A DNA stretch of 64,000 bases from Octopus sinensis (GCF_006345805.1 NC_043001.1:43958001-44022000), one strand, 5' to 3'; numbered from the stretch's first letter, positions 38,600-52,947 are shown. Numbers and translations: made by a program. The notes: a model not told the origin generated them from the letters alone.

Positions 38600-39620
38600 A
38601 TACATACGTGTGTGTGTGTATTTTTTTATGTGTCATAAAAAAAAACTGACACCAAATATAGAAAATAGTTGAAATAGTGAATACACAGGTAAATGAAAAT
38701 TCTCTGTTGTCAAAAAATTTGGATCTCGACAAGGGGTATTTTGACACAGAATCCGAAAATGGCACCCATTTATTGCCATCACGTCAAGATTCGAAGATAC
38801 TGGAACCATAGAATGTCATTGTTTCTTTTAATAAAACAACTTATGAGGAACAAGGCATAACATACAAACATGCATAGAAATTGGTTTTTCTTCAAAACCA
38901 AAATGTTTTCTTAAAATTCAACTGAAAAACTAGTAAAAATCTTAACACTTCTACAAAGAAATTACATCGTCGTTTATGCCTAATTTCTCATTAATTTGCG
39001 TTTTGATTATTTTCGTGACAGCTGAAGATAACGAACCAAGTTCCAGCAATAGATCGCTTCATAAGCAAGTCCCATCTGCATTGATACCTTTGTTCTATTG
39101 ATTATATGCCCTGATGGAAATGTTCTCCCTGCTTGTTACTTGTATCATCAAGATTTTCAGGGAATTTATCAAGGTGACTGTAAAGATTGTGCAGCTTTAT
39201 GTCCATATTTGTTCTCAACTTTGCAAAGTTCTTCAGCATAGTGAAAGCATGGTCTATCTTTATCCATGATTTTAACAAACTGCTTCATAATGCCAAGTTT
39301 TGATGTGGAGTGGAGGTAGGATGACTTTTCCCAGTTGAGAAGTGCCTATAATCACCTTTCAAAACCTTTACTGATACCATCATAAACAATACTTTTCTAA
39401 TAGCTAAACTTTATTCGTACTATCGGAATACATATATAACCAAAACAAGGGAGAGTACTTTTGCACACTATCTTGAAGTTCCCTCCCATAGTATCATACA
39501 CCAGCCACTAATCCCATAAATTTTATTCAGTAGCATTGAGCTCTAAACACAGACCCATCCATTTGCAGCCAGCACTGGCCGACAGTTACCGTTTCCAGTC
39601 AATGAATATTAATCCCCATC
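38600..39620 (-). mobile_element. Chapaev3-like (CMC) DNA transposon remnant
   Basis: Minus-strand VILPPLHI(K)LGIMKQFVKIMDKD (one frameshift) and NMDIKLHNLYSHLDKFPENLDDTSNKQGEHFHQGI. The family name is from recalled motifs, not a search. Confidence 0.6.
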
Positions 39621-40099
39621 TTATGACAACCTGCCTTAGCTATATGTTATAAGGACGTTGTTAAACGGAATCAAGCTCAGGACTATTTTCCTTGCTTCTG
39701 TGAAACTTTAAGTAATGAGATTCAGTGTCGATAACTGATGAAGAATTAGGGTCCTTCTGTGTCTGCACTATGTGTCCCACCACTTAATCAAGAGATGCAG
39801 GTATAGAACATCAGGTCAACATATCGCAATCCGTGTATGGAACATCACGTCAGAATATTGAAATTCATAGTTTTTAAAAGGCCCCCTTAACATTTTCTTA
39901 TCATTGTCAAAGACTCTATTTTTTAACATCTTCCAACATCAAAGGCTGCATAATAGATTTGTGTTTTAATACAATTATGATAACCATTTTTTTTAACACA
40001 ACAAAGCTTATACAAAGCTTTACATTTTACTTTTGATAATTTTTTCTTTAAAAAGTGAAATGGTCAAGTCAATAAACTTCTTTAAAGACCTCTACATTT

Positions 40100-40112
40100 T
40101 CAAACTCTCTTT

Positions 40113-40206
<94 letters not shown>
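40100..40206. repeat. (TA)n microsatellite
   Basis: Direct tandem repeats. Confidence 0.95.
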
Positions 40207-40207
<1 letters not shown>

Positions 40208-40719
40208 TTCGTTTTTGGATTTGGTTTGCAAGATTCTTTATATGAGTTCGTGTGTTGAAGTATATTCTGTTGTGTCTGGGGAATCATTCTCTTTTAGTGC
40301 CTTATAATTTAGCACACTCACCGGTAAAAATTTCTACTTATTTCTCTTTTGTTTCTCTAAAATTTTCGTTGTGTCTTGCAACCTTTTCAAAAGGTTGCAA
40401 GACGTAATGAAAATTTGCTCAACTAAAGGCGGTGCTCCAGCATGGCCGCAGACAAATGACTGCAACAAGTAAAAAAGAATATATATATATACATATACAT
40501 CCACAAATATATATATGCGTATACATACATATATACATACATATATATATATATGTATGTATGTATGCATGTTTGTATGTATGTATGTATGTATGTATGT
40601 ATGTATGTATGTATGTATGTATGTATGTATATGTATGTATGTATATATATATATATATATACTTGTATGTATGTATGTATGTATGTATGTATGTATGTAT
40701 ATATGTATGTATGTATGTA

Positions 40720-40868
40720 TAGCCGTATGGTAAGCTTGTTTCTCAACTGCAATGCTTCCAGGTACAGTCCAACTGCGTGGCAACTTGGGCAAGTGTCTTG
40801 TACTATAGTCTCAGGCCGACCAAAGCCTTGTGAGTGGATTTGGTAAACGTAAACTGAGAGAAGCCCGT

Positions 40869-40907
<39 letters not shown>

Positions 40908-41100
40908 GTGGGGGGTCGTAGTTATGTTTATCCCCCACTACCGCTTGACAACCAGCGTTGGTGTGTTTACGTCCTGTAGCCTAGTAGTTCGACAAAAAGA
41001 GACAGGTAGAATAAATACCAGGCTTAGCAAAAAATGAATACTGGGATCGATTTATTCGACTAAAAATTCTTAGCATGACCGCAGTCAAATGATTGAAATA
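40720..41100 (+). mobile_element. Composite SINE copy
   Basis: Head, (TA)n and 3' module as at 10470-10870. Embedded in TATG/TA/TG tracts from 40480 to 41345. Confidence 0.75.
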
Positions 41101-41133
41101 AGACACACACACACACACATATGTGTGTGTCTG

Positions 41134-41227
<94 letters not shown>

Positions 41228-41266
41228 GTGTGTGTATGTGTGTGTGTGTGTATGTATATGTATGTG

Positions 41267-41341
<75 letters not shown>

Positions 41342-42642
41342 TGTGTAGGCATCTAGCTTGAACCTGCCTCAGATTAGACGTGCCCTGTTTCAAAAAATAT
41401 CATTCGTAGCAGACGTTCTCTCCACATCGTTCACACGCGCCTGACTCAGTCTCAGAAGTTACAGCCCGAGTTGTTATCTATAATCGTAAAAAATTAAAAG
41501 TAATTCAAATTCAATGTTTTCTTGAAATAATAAATTTTCTATAGAGATTAGGATTTAAATTCCAATCTATGAAAAGTTTCTGTTCTACAATATTCTTAAA
41601 GGAGCGAAAAATTATCTAGGAACTCGAGTTAATTATGAATGAGCTTAGAAAGTGAAAAGGGCTGACATCTCTTGTCAAGAGTACAGGTCGACAGTCAGAT
41701 CAATGATGTTTGTTTTGCATTCTGTTTTCATTACTTGATTGCTGTTATACAGTAGTAACTCCAGCCTGGTGCGAATTTTTTTTCCCACGAGAGTTCCGGA
41801 TCCCAGTTATGAACTCAATTGCATACAGCCAATCAGAGCTCAACTATCAAACTAATTTATGGATGCATAGCAAGTGGTGGGCGATAAGATAAGGTCACGT
41901 GGGTAAGGAATGACCATGCTTGTTTTCTCTTTTAAGAATGCTTGTTGTTTTTGTTCTTGTTTCAACCATGGCTACCTCTGCGCAGTTATTTGTGTGGTTG
42001 TTTACTTTGTAAAACAGTAAAAGGAGAGGGTTGTTAGCACATCACACTCTAACCATATTTTTCCCATTCACATCTTTACCATATGGAGCCCTAACATAAT
42101 CCGATAATAGGTATAAATGCAAATCTAATTACTTGTCTCCTTCTAAAATCAGGCATAACTTGGCGATCGGTCGTTTTACAACACTGTTCTTCGTTTGAGT
42201 TTACTTGGTAGTCTGTTTGTTAACTTGACAGCAAGGTCAATGGGGCTGTATGCAAATGAGTTCATTGCTGGGGTCCAGAACTCTCGTGGGGAAAAATTTC
42301 ATGAGCGTGGTAAGGTGTAAAGGACTAACTGACATCTCTTGTCAAGAGTACAGGCGACAGTCAGATCGCTGATGTTTGGTGTGCACTCCGCTTTCATTAT
42401 TTCATATACAAAAGGTAAGTTTATCGTTGTCGCGGTATAAAATGTCCTGTACTATATTTAACTATAGAAAGATTATCTCTATAAAATGTTATATTGTTTT
42501 AATTGAAATGAAAAAAATTACATGTTGACACTCGTAGGGTGTGATACTGTTACCTTGTAAAATTTGACTTGATTTGGTGGAAACGTTTGAGAATGCATTG
42601 TGAACAAACAAAGAATTATATATATATATGTATATATAATAT

Positions 42643-42713
<71 letters not shown>

Positions 42714-42738
42714 GTATATATATATATTATATATATAT

Positions 42739-42780
<42 letters not shown>

Positions 42781-42837
42781 ATATAATATATATATATATA
42801 TATGTATATATGTATATATATATATATATATATGTAT

Positions 42838-43026
42838 GCGTTGATGTAGCTATGTGGTAAAAGTTTTGCTTTTCAACCACATAGTTCTTGGTTCTGCTCA
42901 CTGCGGGACACCATGGACAAGTCTTTTCTATCTTCTATAGCCTTGGATCGATCATAGTCTTGTAAGTGGATCTGGTAGTCGGAAACTGAAAGAAGCCCAT
43001 CATATATATATATATATATATATAAA

Positions 43027-43062
<36 letters not shown>

Positions 43063-43080
43063 TGTATGTATGTATGTATG

Positions 43081-43131
<51 letters not shown>

Positions 43132-43345
43132 GTGTGTGTGCCTGTGTTTCTATTTGTCCTTCACCACTGATAGGAAACCAGTGTTGGTGTATTTACGTCC
43201 TGTAACCTGGCGGTTCGGCAAAAGGAACGATAGAATAAGTGCCAGATTAATAATAGTACTGGGGTTCGATTCTTTCGACTAAAATTCTTCAAAGCAGTAC
43301 CCTAGCATGGTCGCAATATAATGACTGAAACAAGGAAACTATAAA
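42838..43345 (+). mobile_element. Composite SINE copy
   Basis: Head, (TA)/(TATG)/(TG) tract and 3' module. Confidence 0.75.
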
Positions 43346-43453
43346 AGACATACATACATACATGCATGCATGCATACATGCATACATACATACATACATA
43401 CATACATACATACATACATACATACATACATACATACATACATACATACATAC

Positions 43454-44137
43454 CAGTGGCGGCTCGTAGATAAAATTAGTGGAGGTGCTGCTTCAGAAAA
43501 TTTTTAGCCGTTGTTTTAATATTGTATAAAAGGAAACAAACATATAAAAAGAAAATTTATATATAAACTTGATCGGTTCGCGTTTTAACCACTGCCGGGT
43601 AGTGTGTTTAATTTGTTCACTGAACACCGCCACGAATTACCCCTTGTTTTTCAAAAATCCCCACTAAATCAGAAAATAAGTGGGGGAAATCTGCCCCATT
43701 TTCCAAATCCTGGCAGCAACACTGTAACTAGAAGCAGGATAATAATCTAATTCTACACTTTATCACATTTAAGCACAACACACGCAGAGTCAAAAAGACA
43801 CACTACTTTTCATCAGCACACAAGGGTCGACATTGCATGAACCACAGTGCTCTCTCTCCCTAGTGCGAAGCTTCCTATCTTGGACGTGTGAGCATGCACA
43901 CAACAGCCAAACACCGCGTCGCTGGAACTGTGAAACGCACAGTTCTATGTAAGGATTTTTGTAATTTTTTCATGAACTAGGGGATGGCTACTGACATTAA
44001 GCTTAAGGATTATATAATGTACAATATAAGAAAAGAATTAAAGAAAAAAGGACTAATTATATTGAATATTATCGATAATATCGAGTGGAAATAGTGGGTG
44101 CTGCAGTTCCACCGTGCCTATACACAAGCCGCTATTC
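43454..44137 (+). mobile_element. hAT non-autonomous element (same family as 61460-62161)
   Basis: CAGTGGCGGCTC terminus; colinear similarity over about 690 bp to the 61460 copy. Confidence 0.85.
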
Positions 44138-44194
44138 ACACACACACACACACACACACACGCATACACAGACACACACACAAACACACACACA

Positions 44195-44266
<72 letters not shown>

Positions 44267-45679
44267 TGCATATTGTATGTGTGTGTGTGTTTTAGTTAGA
44301 TCTGTAGAAATACCTAAGAGCACATAGCAATTCACTCTAAAATGTAGATAAATATATTGACTATATATATATCTTAATCAAGGGATTCGTGTATAGGATA
44401 CCACGTCAGCATACTGCAATTCGTGTGTGGAACATCACGTCAGCATATTATAATTCATAGTTTTTAATATGAATGTCAACGAATTTTTCAAGGTTTTACA
44501 TATTTGACAGAAACATAAATAAATATATAAATAAAATAAAAAGATAACCTAGAGAAAAATGAAATAAAACAAACAGCGTGAAGTTTAAACCCGGGCGATG
44601 TTGCTGTGTACGTATTGATGTTGGTGGTGTCGATAAGCTGAAAGGCGACGGTGGTGAAAGGTCCTGAAATGCTGCGGTGGTGTTGGTGTCGCAGTTGCTG
44701 GAACATGGCTGAGTCTCTCGAACTGGCTGTTTGCAGCTGGATACTCTGTGGTCAATGGTGTAGGACCAAAGACAAATAATGGTTTGTTGATCTAGTCTTT
44801 TAAAGAGATTAGTGGGCTCCAGAAAAAGAACCTACAAGACTGTGTCACGGGACCTTATCTGAAGGTTGCAATTAGTTGGTTTACACATTGGCGCGAAATA
44901 AAGCAAGAGATAAAACTGCACCAAAACTAACCAATCAGAGCAGCGGACACAACTGGGCCTAAGCAGCCGAAGGCCGGCTGTTATACGCCACGTCCGCATT
45001 TGTATAATATCTCTCAAAGAGGGATCATTTATTTCACTAAGCGCTACACACGTTTAATAACAATATACTTTTGAAGCTTTACAAGTAATATATGACATCG
45101 TATATAGATTATTTAGTTTTATACATTTTTCGTATGCAACTCGCTAAACATGTACATGTTTTTGAACATTGTCATTTTATAAGATTTTACTGGCAAGTTC
45201 TTAAATTAACATAAACATTTATTTACTTGAAATAAAATTTCCGGAGAATTTTCTTCGGAACTAGTCCTTCTCATTCGCAAAATGAGCTCCTCTTTAATTT
45301 TGCTCAGATTGCTTTCAATTTTGGTGTACCAATGCAGCTCTAAATTTTGATAACAATCAGCCAATTACTTTATCTCGTAAATGAAAGAATCTGATGTTAT
45401 TTGGAATTAAAGTTGGGACATTTGGGTAAATTTAGCCAATCAACAGACAGCGAAGCATTAACAGCTTGTTACCATGACAACCGCACGTTGTGTTGTGTTT
45501 CACCCGCTTGTGCTGATTCTTCACACTACGAGATTTCACCCTCATGTTTTGTTTTAATAAAAATTTATATTTATCAATTAGAATTTTATTATAGATATTT
45601 TCCGTCAATTGTCTTAATATTTTACATATTTTTCAAATATAGCGAAAGTCATTTGTGATGTTAATAACAGTTTCTTGGC

Positions 45680-46575
45680 ATTATGAAGGTGAATGGAATA
45701 TGTGAACTTAATACAGATAATTTGACATTATTTTTTAATTGTGCATGCAAAAACATAAGATACAGGTATTCTTTTTCTTGTCTCCTTGTTTAAGTTGGTC
45801 AATGCTACCATAATCCTTGCCTTCAGTTCATTTTTGGTGTTACAAGGAGTTTTGTTGGTCTCTCACTTCACTGCGCCCTTACATAATAATCAAAGGGGTT
45901 GCAGTCTGGGGAATTAGGTAGCCAGATGTTAGGGGTGATGTGGTCGCAAAAATTATTTAACAGCCATAACTGGGTTCTCCTGCTTGCGTGGCATGGTGCA
46001 GAGTCCTATTACAAGACAGAGGGTCTTCAAGCAGCCACCCTTTTGACCCAGAGCAACACTACCTCCTCCAAGCACTTGATGTAGGCCTCCGTATTGAATC
46101 TGAGGTCGTGTAGGAAGATGAATGGAGGCATAACGTCGCCATCACTAGTGGTCACTCCAAACACCATGATATTGACTGGACGTTTGATTTTTATCACTCT
46201 CACTTCATGTTTCGGGGACACGGTAAGCCAACGGTTGTTCTGTGCATTCACTATCTGATCCTGGCAGAAATTTTTCTCGTCTGAGGAAAACCAAAGCATG
46301 TTCGGTTGGAGGGGATGCTTGAGTTTGTTCAAGAGCTTCGTAATACGGCCTTTCTTCTTGTCCTTGGTGGCTTGGGATAAAAATTGCCCCCTTCTCATCT
46401 TGTATGAACAATACTGAATGTCTTCATGCACTACTTGCCGGATAAGAAACTCAGATACTCCCATGTCCCTGGCGAGGGACCTGATCCACTCGTAAGGATC
46501 GTTGTCAATCTTGGCATGGATCTCACCAACAAATTCAGGAGTTCTTTTCTTAACAGAACGATCAGAGTATGTAGG
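45680..46575 (-). mobile_element. Decayed maT (DD37D) transposon
   Basis: ORF 46027-46578 (WFSSDEKNF, IMVFGVTTSDG), then DSAPCH...WLPNSPDCNPFD with 37 residues between the Asp. Confidence 0.85.
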
Positions 46576-46749
46576 CATGTGTGTCTGTATGTATGTATGT
46601 ATGTATAGATGTATCTCTCACTCTCTCTTTCTCTATCTCTCTCCCTCTCTCACTTTCTCATACACTCATTCTTTCTCTCACTGACTCCTACATTAAGCAG
46701 TATTACTAGTTTTGAAATACAAAGCAAATGAAGAACTCTCGGTCACTCA

Positions 46750-47720
46750 ATGCAATAAAAAAGTGTTCGCCGATGATCTGTTCTGGTTATTCTTTCAAAT
46801 GCATTTGGAATACCCAATGTAAGGTTCTGTAGAACCATTATAGTGAAATGTACACAGGAACTAACAGCATTAACTTTATTTATCTTAATTTCTTCCATAT
46901 TTGCTCTGTATATAGCGGTATACGCAACTTTTCATTTAAATATATTCCTAACGCATGTTATGCTTGCTGGATTGCATTGCGGGCCTCATATTTGATTAAT
47001 AAGTTCAACTTGTACGATGAACAAACATTTCCCACTTTACTCTTTCTTCAGTGTATTTAATTATAGTTCCCATAACCCCGGAGGAATTATATTTGCAGTG
47101 TCCTTTGGCGTGCCTTGGATAAATACACTAGCGGTGTGGTTTATTCCTCCAGTAGCCTACAGATGGAAATGAATCTAGCATTCAAAGCTAACAGAATACT
47201 TGTCAGCTATCCTGTGTCCCACAGTGCCTAAAGTGGCGTAGAAAGTGGTTAAATAACATAATTACTAAATGGATAGCGCAGCTCTGCTGAAAAGATGCAA
47301 CCCATTGTCGTTATGAACTCAGTCTGCCAGAAGCATAGCGTGGATTCTGGCCATCAACTTCTTTAACCATAACATTCTTTAGACTCTAGCAAATACACGT
47401 AAATGAATTGGTCGCCCTGTGCGGTCTGCATACCACACACTCGCTGCGGCACTGCAGTCTCTTAGTGCTTGCGTCTTTCTACAAATCGTTATCGCGATTG
47501 CTGTTCTGGTGATTTCTTCATAGCTATAAGTTTTACATGTATCGTTCTGCTGGTTATTCAGACGAATTTTGGCTCGACTATATTGTTCTGAATATTTCTA
47601 TCTTAATCATTGCTCAGTTCTGTAAACTAGTTTATCGTTGTGTCAAAAGCGTAAATCTCTATAATTTCTTGTAGTTGTCTCGAAACTCATAAGATCTCAG
47701 CATAAATTCGCTAATTACAC
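46750..47720 (-). mobile_element. Possible highly decayed Helitron RepHel N-terminal fragment
   Basis: Minus-strand KYNSSGVMG and FIVQVELINQI*GP resemble the YNS/F.VQG..H.IGSL motifs. An adjacent tandem array lies at 47738-47935. Confidence 0.35.
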
Positions 47721-47737
47721 AGTGCACACGTTACTAG

Positions 47738-47935
47738 ATTGCCGTACGACAGCTGATACACATTTTGCTTGGCTGTACGACAGCTGATACACATTTTATT
47801 GCCGTACGACACCTGATACACATTTTGCTTGGCCAGTGGTGACATTTTGTTACTGATCAATATAGTGAAACAATACACCAACCAGTGTACATTCTGGTTG
47901 TGAAACAATACACCAACCAGTGTACATTCTGGTAC
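47738..47935. repeat. Short tandem arrays (GTACGACAGCTGATACACATTTT; GTGAAACAATACACCAACCAGTGTACATTCTGG)
   Basis: Three and two direct copies, respectively. Confidence 0.85.
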
Positions 47936-48230
47936 GTTTACTTGGTGTACATTCCTGTGCATTTACTCAGTGATACTTTTGATTACTATTTTAGCAAGTA
48001 TGATGCAGTCTATGCTCCGATAGCAGTGTCATATTAAGATTGAAACATAGCTGGAGTTGTTTTTCGTTTTAAGCAAAATCTTTTTTAAAAAATAGCATTT
48101 AAAAATTGTCTTTGTTCTCACTGCATTATTATTTCTAGTTAGCTCTTTAATATTCCCCGCATTAAATATGTTCACATTAAATAAACTTAAAGAAAATCTG
48201 TCTCAGTACTGCTTTCTTCTTATATTTCAG

Positions 48231-48297
48231 GGTTTCACAAAAACAGCCGAAAATGTCTGTTATGTACGTTTTCCTCACACAGATGGGGAATTATACG
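48231..48297 (+). CDS. Candidate exon upstream of TM1 (alternative acceptor at 48283 gives a 15-nt microexon MGNYT)
   Basis: Strong acceptors (TTCTTCTTATATTTCAG; TTTTCCTCACACAG) and donor CG|GTAAGT. The frame VSQKQPKMSVMYVFLTQMGNYT ends in phase 0 and joins the 50734 exon. Confidence 0.5.
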
Positions 48298-48596
48298 GTA
48301 AGTAGGCTTACATCACGTGTTCTCTTGCGAAATGTTTCTTTTCCTTATTGATCTCCTTTGCAACATAGTTTCTTCAACATTTGAATATTGCAAACAAAAT
48401 TTTCCAACGATAGTACGGCGACAACGCCTGAAATTTGGGGGAAGGGATAATCGATTACAGTTGAGTACTGGTACTCAACTGGTACTTAATTTATCGACCC
48501 CGAAAGGATGAAAGGCAAAGTCGACCTCGGTGGAATTTGAACTCAGAAATCTAAGCATTTCTCCAGTCGTGGTAACGATTCTGACAGCTCGCCGCC

Positions 48597-48597
<1 letters not shown>

Positions 48598-48677
<80 letters not shown>

Positions 48678-48702
48678 TAATAATAATAATAATAATAATA
48701 AA
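48598..48702. repeat. (AAT)n microsatellite; another lies at about 49740-49820
   Basis: Direct tandem repeats. Confidence 0.95.
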
Positions 48703-49224
48703 ATACCCTGATGCAATACCAGGCAGTGGATCTCGTGGTTTCTGGTCTTAACTTGTGTAACAGAAGGGCTACAACAAATATTCAGCTTAATACCACGATT
48801 TGCTTGTCAGTTGTTTGACCTTAACCAGTTGAGTATGTTCATTAGTGGCTGGTGATGTGTGCATCTTTGATCACCAGCAGAAGTAGAGTGAGAGCATCAT
48901 ACTTATGTGTTGAGAGGAATTTTGCAGGGTTTGAATAATTCCCCCCAGGAACACGGATGTTTCGTTCAAATTCGTTAAACAACCCTTATCCAGAAACCTT
49001 TTGAATAGGATGGGCTACTCAACCTGAAGAAAATTCTAACTGGTTTTCATCTGCAAGATCATGTGCTGTTTGTCTTGATATGAGATCACCATATCGCGCA
49101 CACATGGTTGTGATGCATGTGCCTGGTGTACCCTTATTAGATGGGTTGTCATGATGGGTATAGTGGGCTTCGTATATTTGTACCTCAGTGCCACCTTGAT
49201 GGCATGCACTGCTCTGTCAAAATA

Positions 49225-49665
49225 TATCTGAAAAGGAATTTGACAAATTAAGTAAATACAAGAACCTGGAAATTGAAATACAAAAGATGTGACATCGTAA
49301 AGCAAGAACTGTTCCTGTTATTGTAGGTGCCCTAGGTATGATAAAAAAAGGATGTCAGAAACATCTAGATAAGATCCCAGGAGAACCATATCTCAGAGAA
49401 ATCCAAAAGATTATGCTAACATCCTTAGAAAAACCCTCTCTATTTCAATGTCTGTGTGGTATTACACAAAGAAACATGAAGAAAGAAAAGTTGATAGATA
49501 TTACAGGTTAGCTTGGGATGTTAAGCAGTTGTAGTACCAATTATTGTCGGAGCCCTAGGAACAGTTAGTAAAAATTTTGAGAACTACACAGAACAAATAG
49601 GGGCTGCAAAAATCAACACTGCTTGGAACCGCTGGAATACTCCGGATGGTGCTCGAAAAATAAGT
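49225..49665 (+). mobile_element. Two 3' fragments of R4/Dong-like (RLE) non-LTR retrotransposons
   Basis: KLSKYKNLEIEIQKM..TVPVIVGALGMIKKG...EIQK and VVPIIVGALGTVSK...LLGTAGILRMVL, the typical RLE C-terminal motifs. Confidence 0.7.
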
Positions 49666-49740
49666 TGTGTTATCTTAGTTCACTGGTAGTGAACAGCTGA
49701 CACTGTAGTACATCTCCAGCGTTAGAAGCTGTACAAAGAC

Positions 49741-49786
<46 letters not shown>

Positions 49787-50733
49787 TAATAATAATAATA
49801 ATGATGATGATGATGATGATAATGGAGAGGAGGAGATAACGATGAAGGCACAAAGCCAGATCGATCACGGAATATAAACGGTAAAGTTGATCTTGAAAGA
49901 TTTGAGTTCATACCGTAAAGGATTGGAACAAATACCGCAAAGTATTTTTTCTGACGCTCCGACAATTCTGCCAATCCATTGCAGCAATGTTATTTGCTAA
50001 AGAACATGCGATCTACGGTTTGAGAAGTCTTTGCTCGGATTATCGTTATATGTCGACCAGAAAAGAAATGTCATGATTATAAATGACAGCTGATGAGATG
50101 GTACAGACAGTCAATCACTATACTAAGGTTTGACAATGATTACTTTCATAAATCTAAGTTTTAAGTTCAATCAATCTCTAGGCTAGCCAAACTTTTATTT
50201 CTCCGATCCGATGCCAATAGAGTGTACATTATGTTTCAGTACAAGTATGTATTATATAAAGAGTAAAGGCTCCCTTCGGTTACGAATGACCATGGGATTG
50301 CACTTAGGAAGTTTCCCTCCAAGGCACAAGTCTGGGTAAGGTTATTTTGTGGAAGACCAGTAGTCGTCCATGCATATCAATCTCCCCTCTCCATGCCACC
50401 GATGTTGTTCAAGAGAAAGGCAATGGCCAATTACAGCTTGGCACCAGTGACGTTGCAACTCATTTCCAGAGCTGAATGAACTGGAGCAACATGAAACAAA
50501 GTAACTTGATCAAGGACACAACTCACAGCCCGGCCCGAGCTCAAAACCTAACGATTGTAAACCGGACGCTCTAACACCTAAGTCATGCACTTTCACTGTA
50601 TATATTATATATTTACCCAAATATTTCTTCGCATGTTTTTTTCTCTCGTTTCACACTATGCAGCATCATTCCAAACATGACCCTGTGTACTTTTGTTTGT
50701 CTACGTTAACCCTTAATGTTTTGTTTTAAACAG

Positions 50734-50837
50734 GTACCTGAGTATCATCAACCAATGATGGAAAAGGCTACAGTTGCTTCCATAGGGTGCTCCTTTGCAG
50801 GAACGATGTTGATCCATTTTACATGGGTCTATCTAGG
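50734..50837 (+). CDS. Adhesion/class-B2-like GPCR exon, stalk end + TM1
   Basis: TTTTGTTTTAAACAG acceptor and GG|GTAAGT donor. The only open frame is VPEYHQPMMEKATVASIGCSFAGTMLIHFTWVYL; phase 0-2. Confidence 0.85.
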
Positions 50838-51588
50838 GTAAGTATCAACAGAAAGAAAAGATTACAGAACTCACAATTCAAAATTAGGAATCATAAACAT
50901 TTTGAACCAGTCTTTAAAATAAAGTACAGGAATACATCACGTTACGGTTGCATTATGTCACAGGATTTTGTGCTCGGGATACATTCTATAACTTCGCCCT
51001 TACGGTAGAAACTTGGATTAATTTTAAGACTTTTCACTATGAATAGTTGTGCATGTGTTCGCGTATATATATTTGAGTCAAAATGAGTATCTCTCTATCT
51101 CGCTATCTTCGTATCTAATTCATTCTATCGATCTGTATGTGTGTGTATATGTGTAAACCACTCTTCAGCATCACCACTTTGTATCATCAACACCACCAGC
51201 TCCACGACCATCACCTATACGAAAACCAATCCAACTACTGCCACTACCAACTCATCAAGTCTTTAATGACCAGTAATAGCAGCAACAATAGTATGAGCTA
51301 GATAAGCAAGTCCATCTAAAATAAAATACAACCCTATGAGATAATGTTACCTATTTTGAAAGAGATGTCTTTGAACTTAGGTCATGAGGATTGATTTGAG
51401 ACTAAACAGCAACGACAATACAGTTATCAAGAACAATAAAACCATCACCATCACTCACCCCCCACCACTACTAACAATACTTCCATTGTCACCAATATTA
51501 TTACCTCTACCAACTCGTCAACTTTCGAGCAACTAATTGATGTCTGTAGCTACATCAGTTGTATGTCAACACAACGGACTGTGTGTAT

Positions 51589-51673
<85 letters not shown>

Positions 51674-51879
51674 CTTTGAGATATTTTTAGCTCGAGACCG
51701 AGAGAGCAAAGTGCCCATGACTCTGGTAACCGTTCATCTAACTGTAATCATACAGTACATACCACTACCTAACTCTTTCATCCTTACATCTTATTGCCGT
51801 TTTTACATCCATAGGAATAAGGCAACAATTGTTTTGCTCTCACGAAGCAGTTCTTGGATTTACCAACAATTTATGATGT

Positions 51880-52080
51880 CTACAAAGAAACCATCAAGTG
51901 GAACTGACGGTAGTAGTACGAAAAGGAACCGTAAATGAATCATTCAGCATATTAAAAACTGATGTCTCAAAAAGGCTTGATGCGGGGAAAAATAAAATCA
52001 CTTACATTGCCAAAACATTGAAACTTACAACGTTTACAGTGGGAAAATGCGAGACAAAAGAAAGAAAATCAAGTCAAGTG
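51880..52080 (+). pseudogene. Tigger/pogo N-terminal fragment (related pieces at 53600-53715 + and 58620-58960 -)
   Basis: MSTKKPSS..KRNRK, KRLDAG..IAKTLKLTTFTVG and DWFERFKKR motifs. Confidence 0.6.
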
Positions 52081-52861
52081 TCCAAGAAATTACTTTGTTA
52101 ATTGAACGGACCTTATTTCATTTGTCAAAGTTATCTCTACAGATTTACTATAGAAATTAAGCCAGCACTAATTCTGTTACGACGTCTCGTATCTGAGACG
52201 TCTGACGTAAACGACAACATTGAGAACGAAGGTGAAAATTAGGTAATGAGCGTATATAACATATTTCAGGAGTTTTTGCTCCTTCGTCAGCATTCATCCA
52301 ACCCAATAATCATCCACGAACTCATTGCTTAAACAACCACTAAATATAGCGGTGTAACGTTATTGGATATACCAATTTTACAATTGCCCTACAGATCATT
52401 AATATTTACGGACCTTATTTTGTCAATGGTCTAATGTGTTGCTCAACCTGGAACGGCTCTTGTGTGAATGGACTGAGTATCAAATTCAAAGTACCGACAA
52501 GTTCAATGGCCCTTCAAAACCATGGGAGAAGCCTTTTCGGTAAAAAAAAATAAAGAAAATATTCGAAAAATATCGTTAATATTTTTATTGGGCGACGAAA
52601 TTAATCGATTTAAGAGATATAGCTGTTATTTCTAGCACATGTAGAAGACAGAAGAAGAGGTAAATAATTTGAGCTCGAATGCTGCGATTTCATTGGTTAA
52701 AAGTCTTAAAATTAAACTACGTTCAAGTTACGAATTACAATTTTGTTTTCAAATTTGTCTACAATAATGTTTTCTTTTGACACATTCTACCAGTATACGA
52801 AGTTTCAAATTGTTTAGTTAACTAGGAAAATCTGGCCTTCAAAAAGAAAAGATCCTCTATT

Positions 52862-52866
52862 CTATG

Positions 52867-52947
<81 letters not shown>

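Noticed and set aside
41590-42400. Mixed direct and inverted 60-80-bp repeats
   Set aside because: Explained as two diverged copies of a small MITE-like repeat, one truncated.
47523-47655. Open hydrophobic plus-strand frame with splice-like ends
   Set aside because: Falls antisense within the Helitron-like remnant, with a weak donor and no fit to the GPCR topology.
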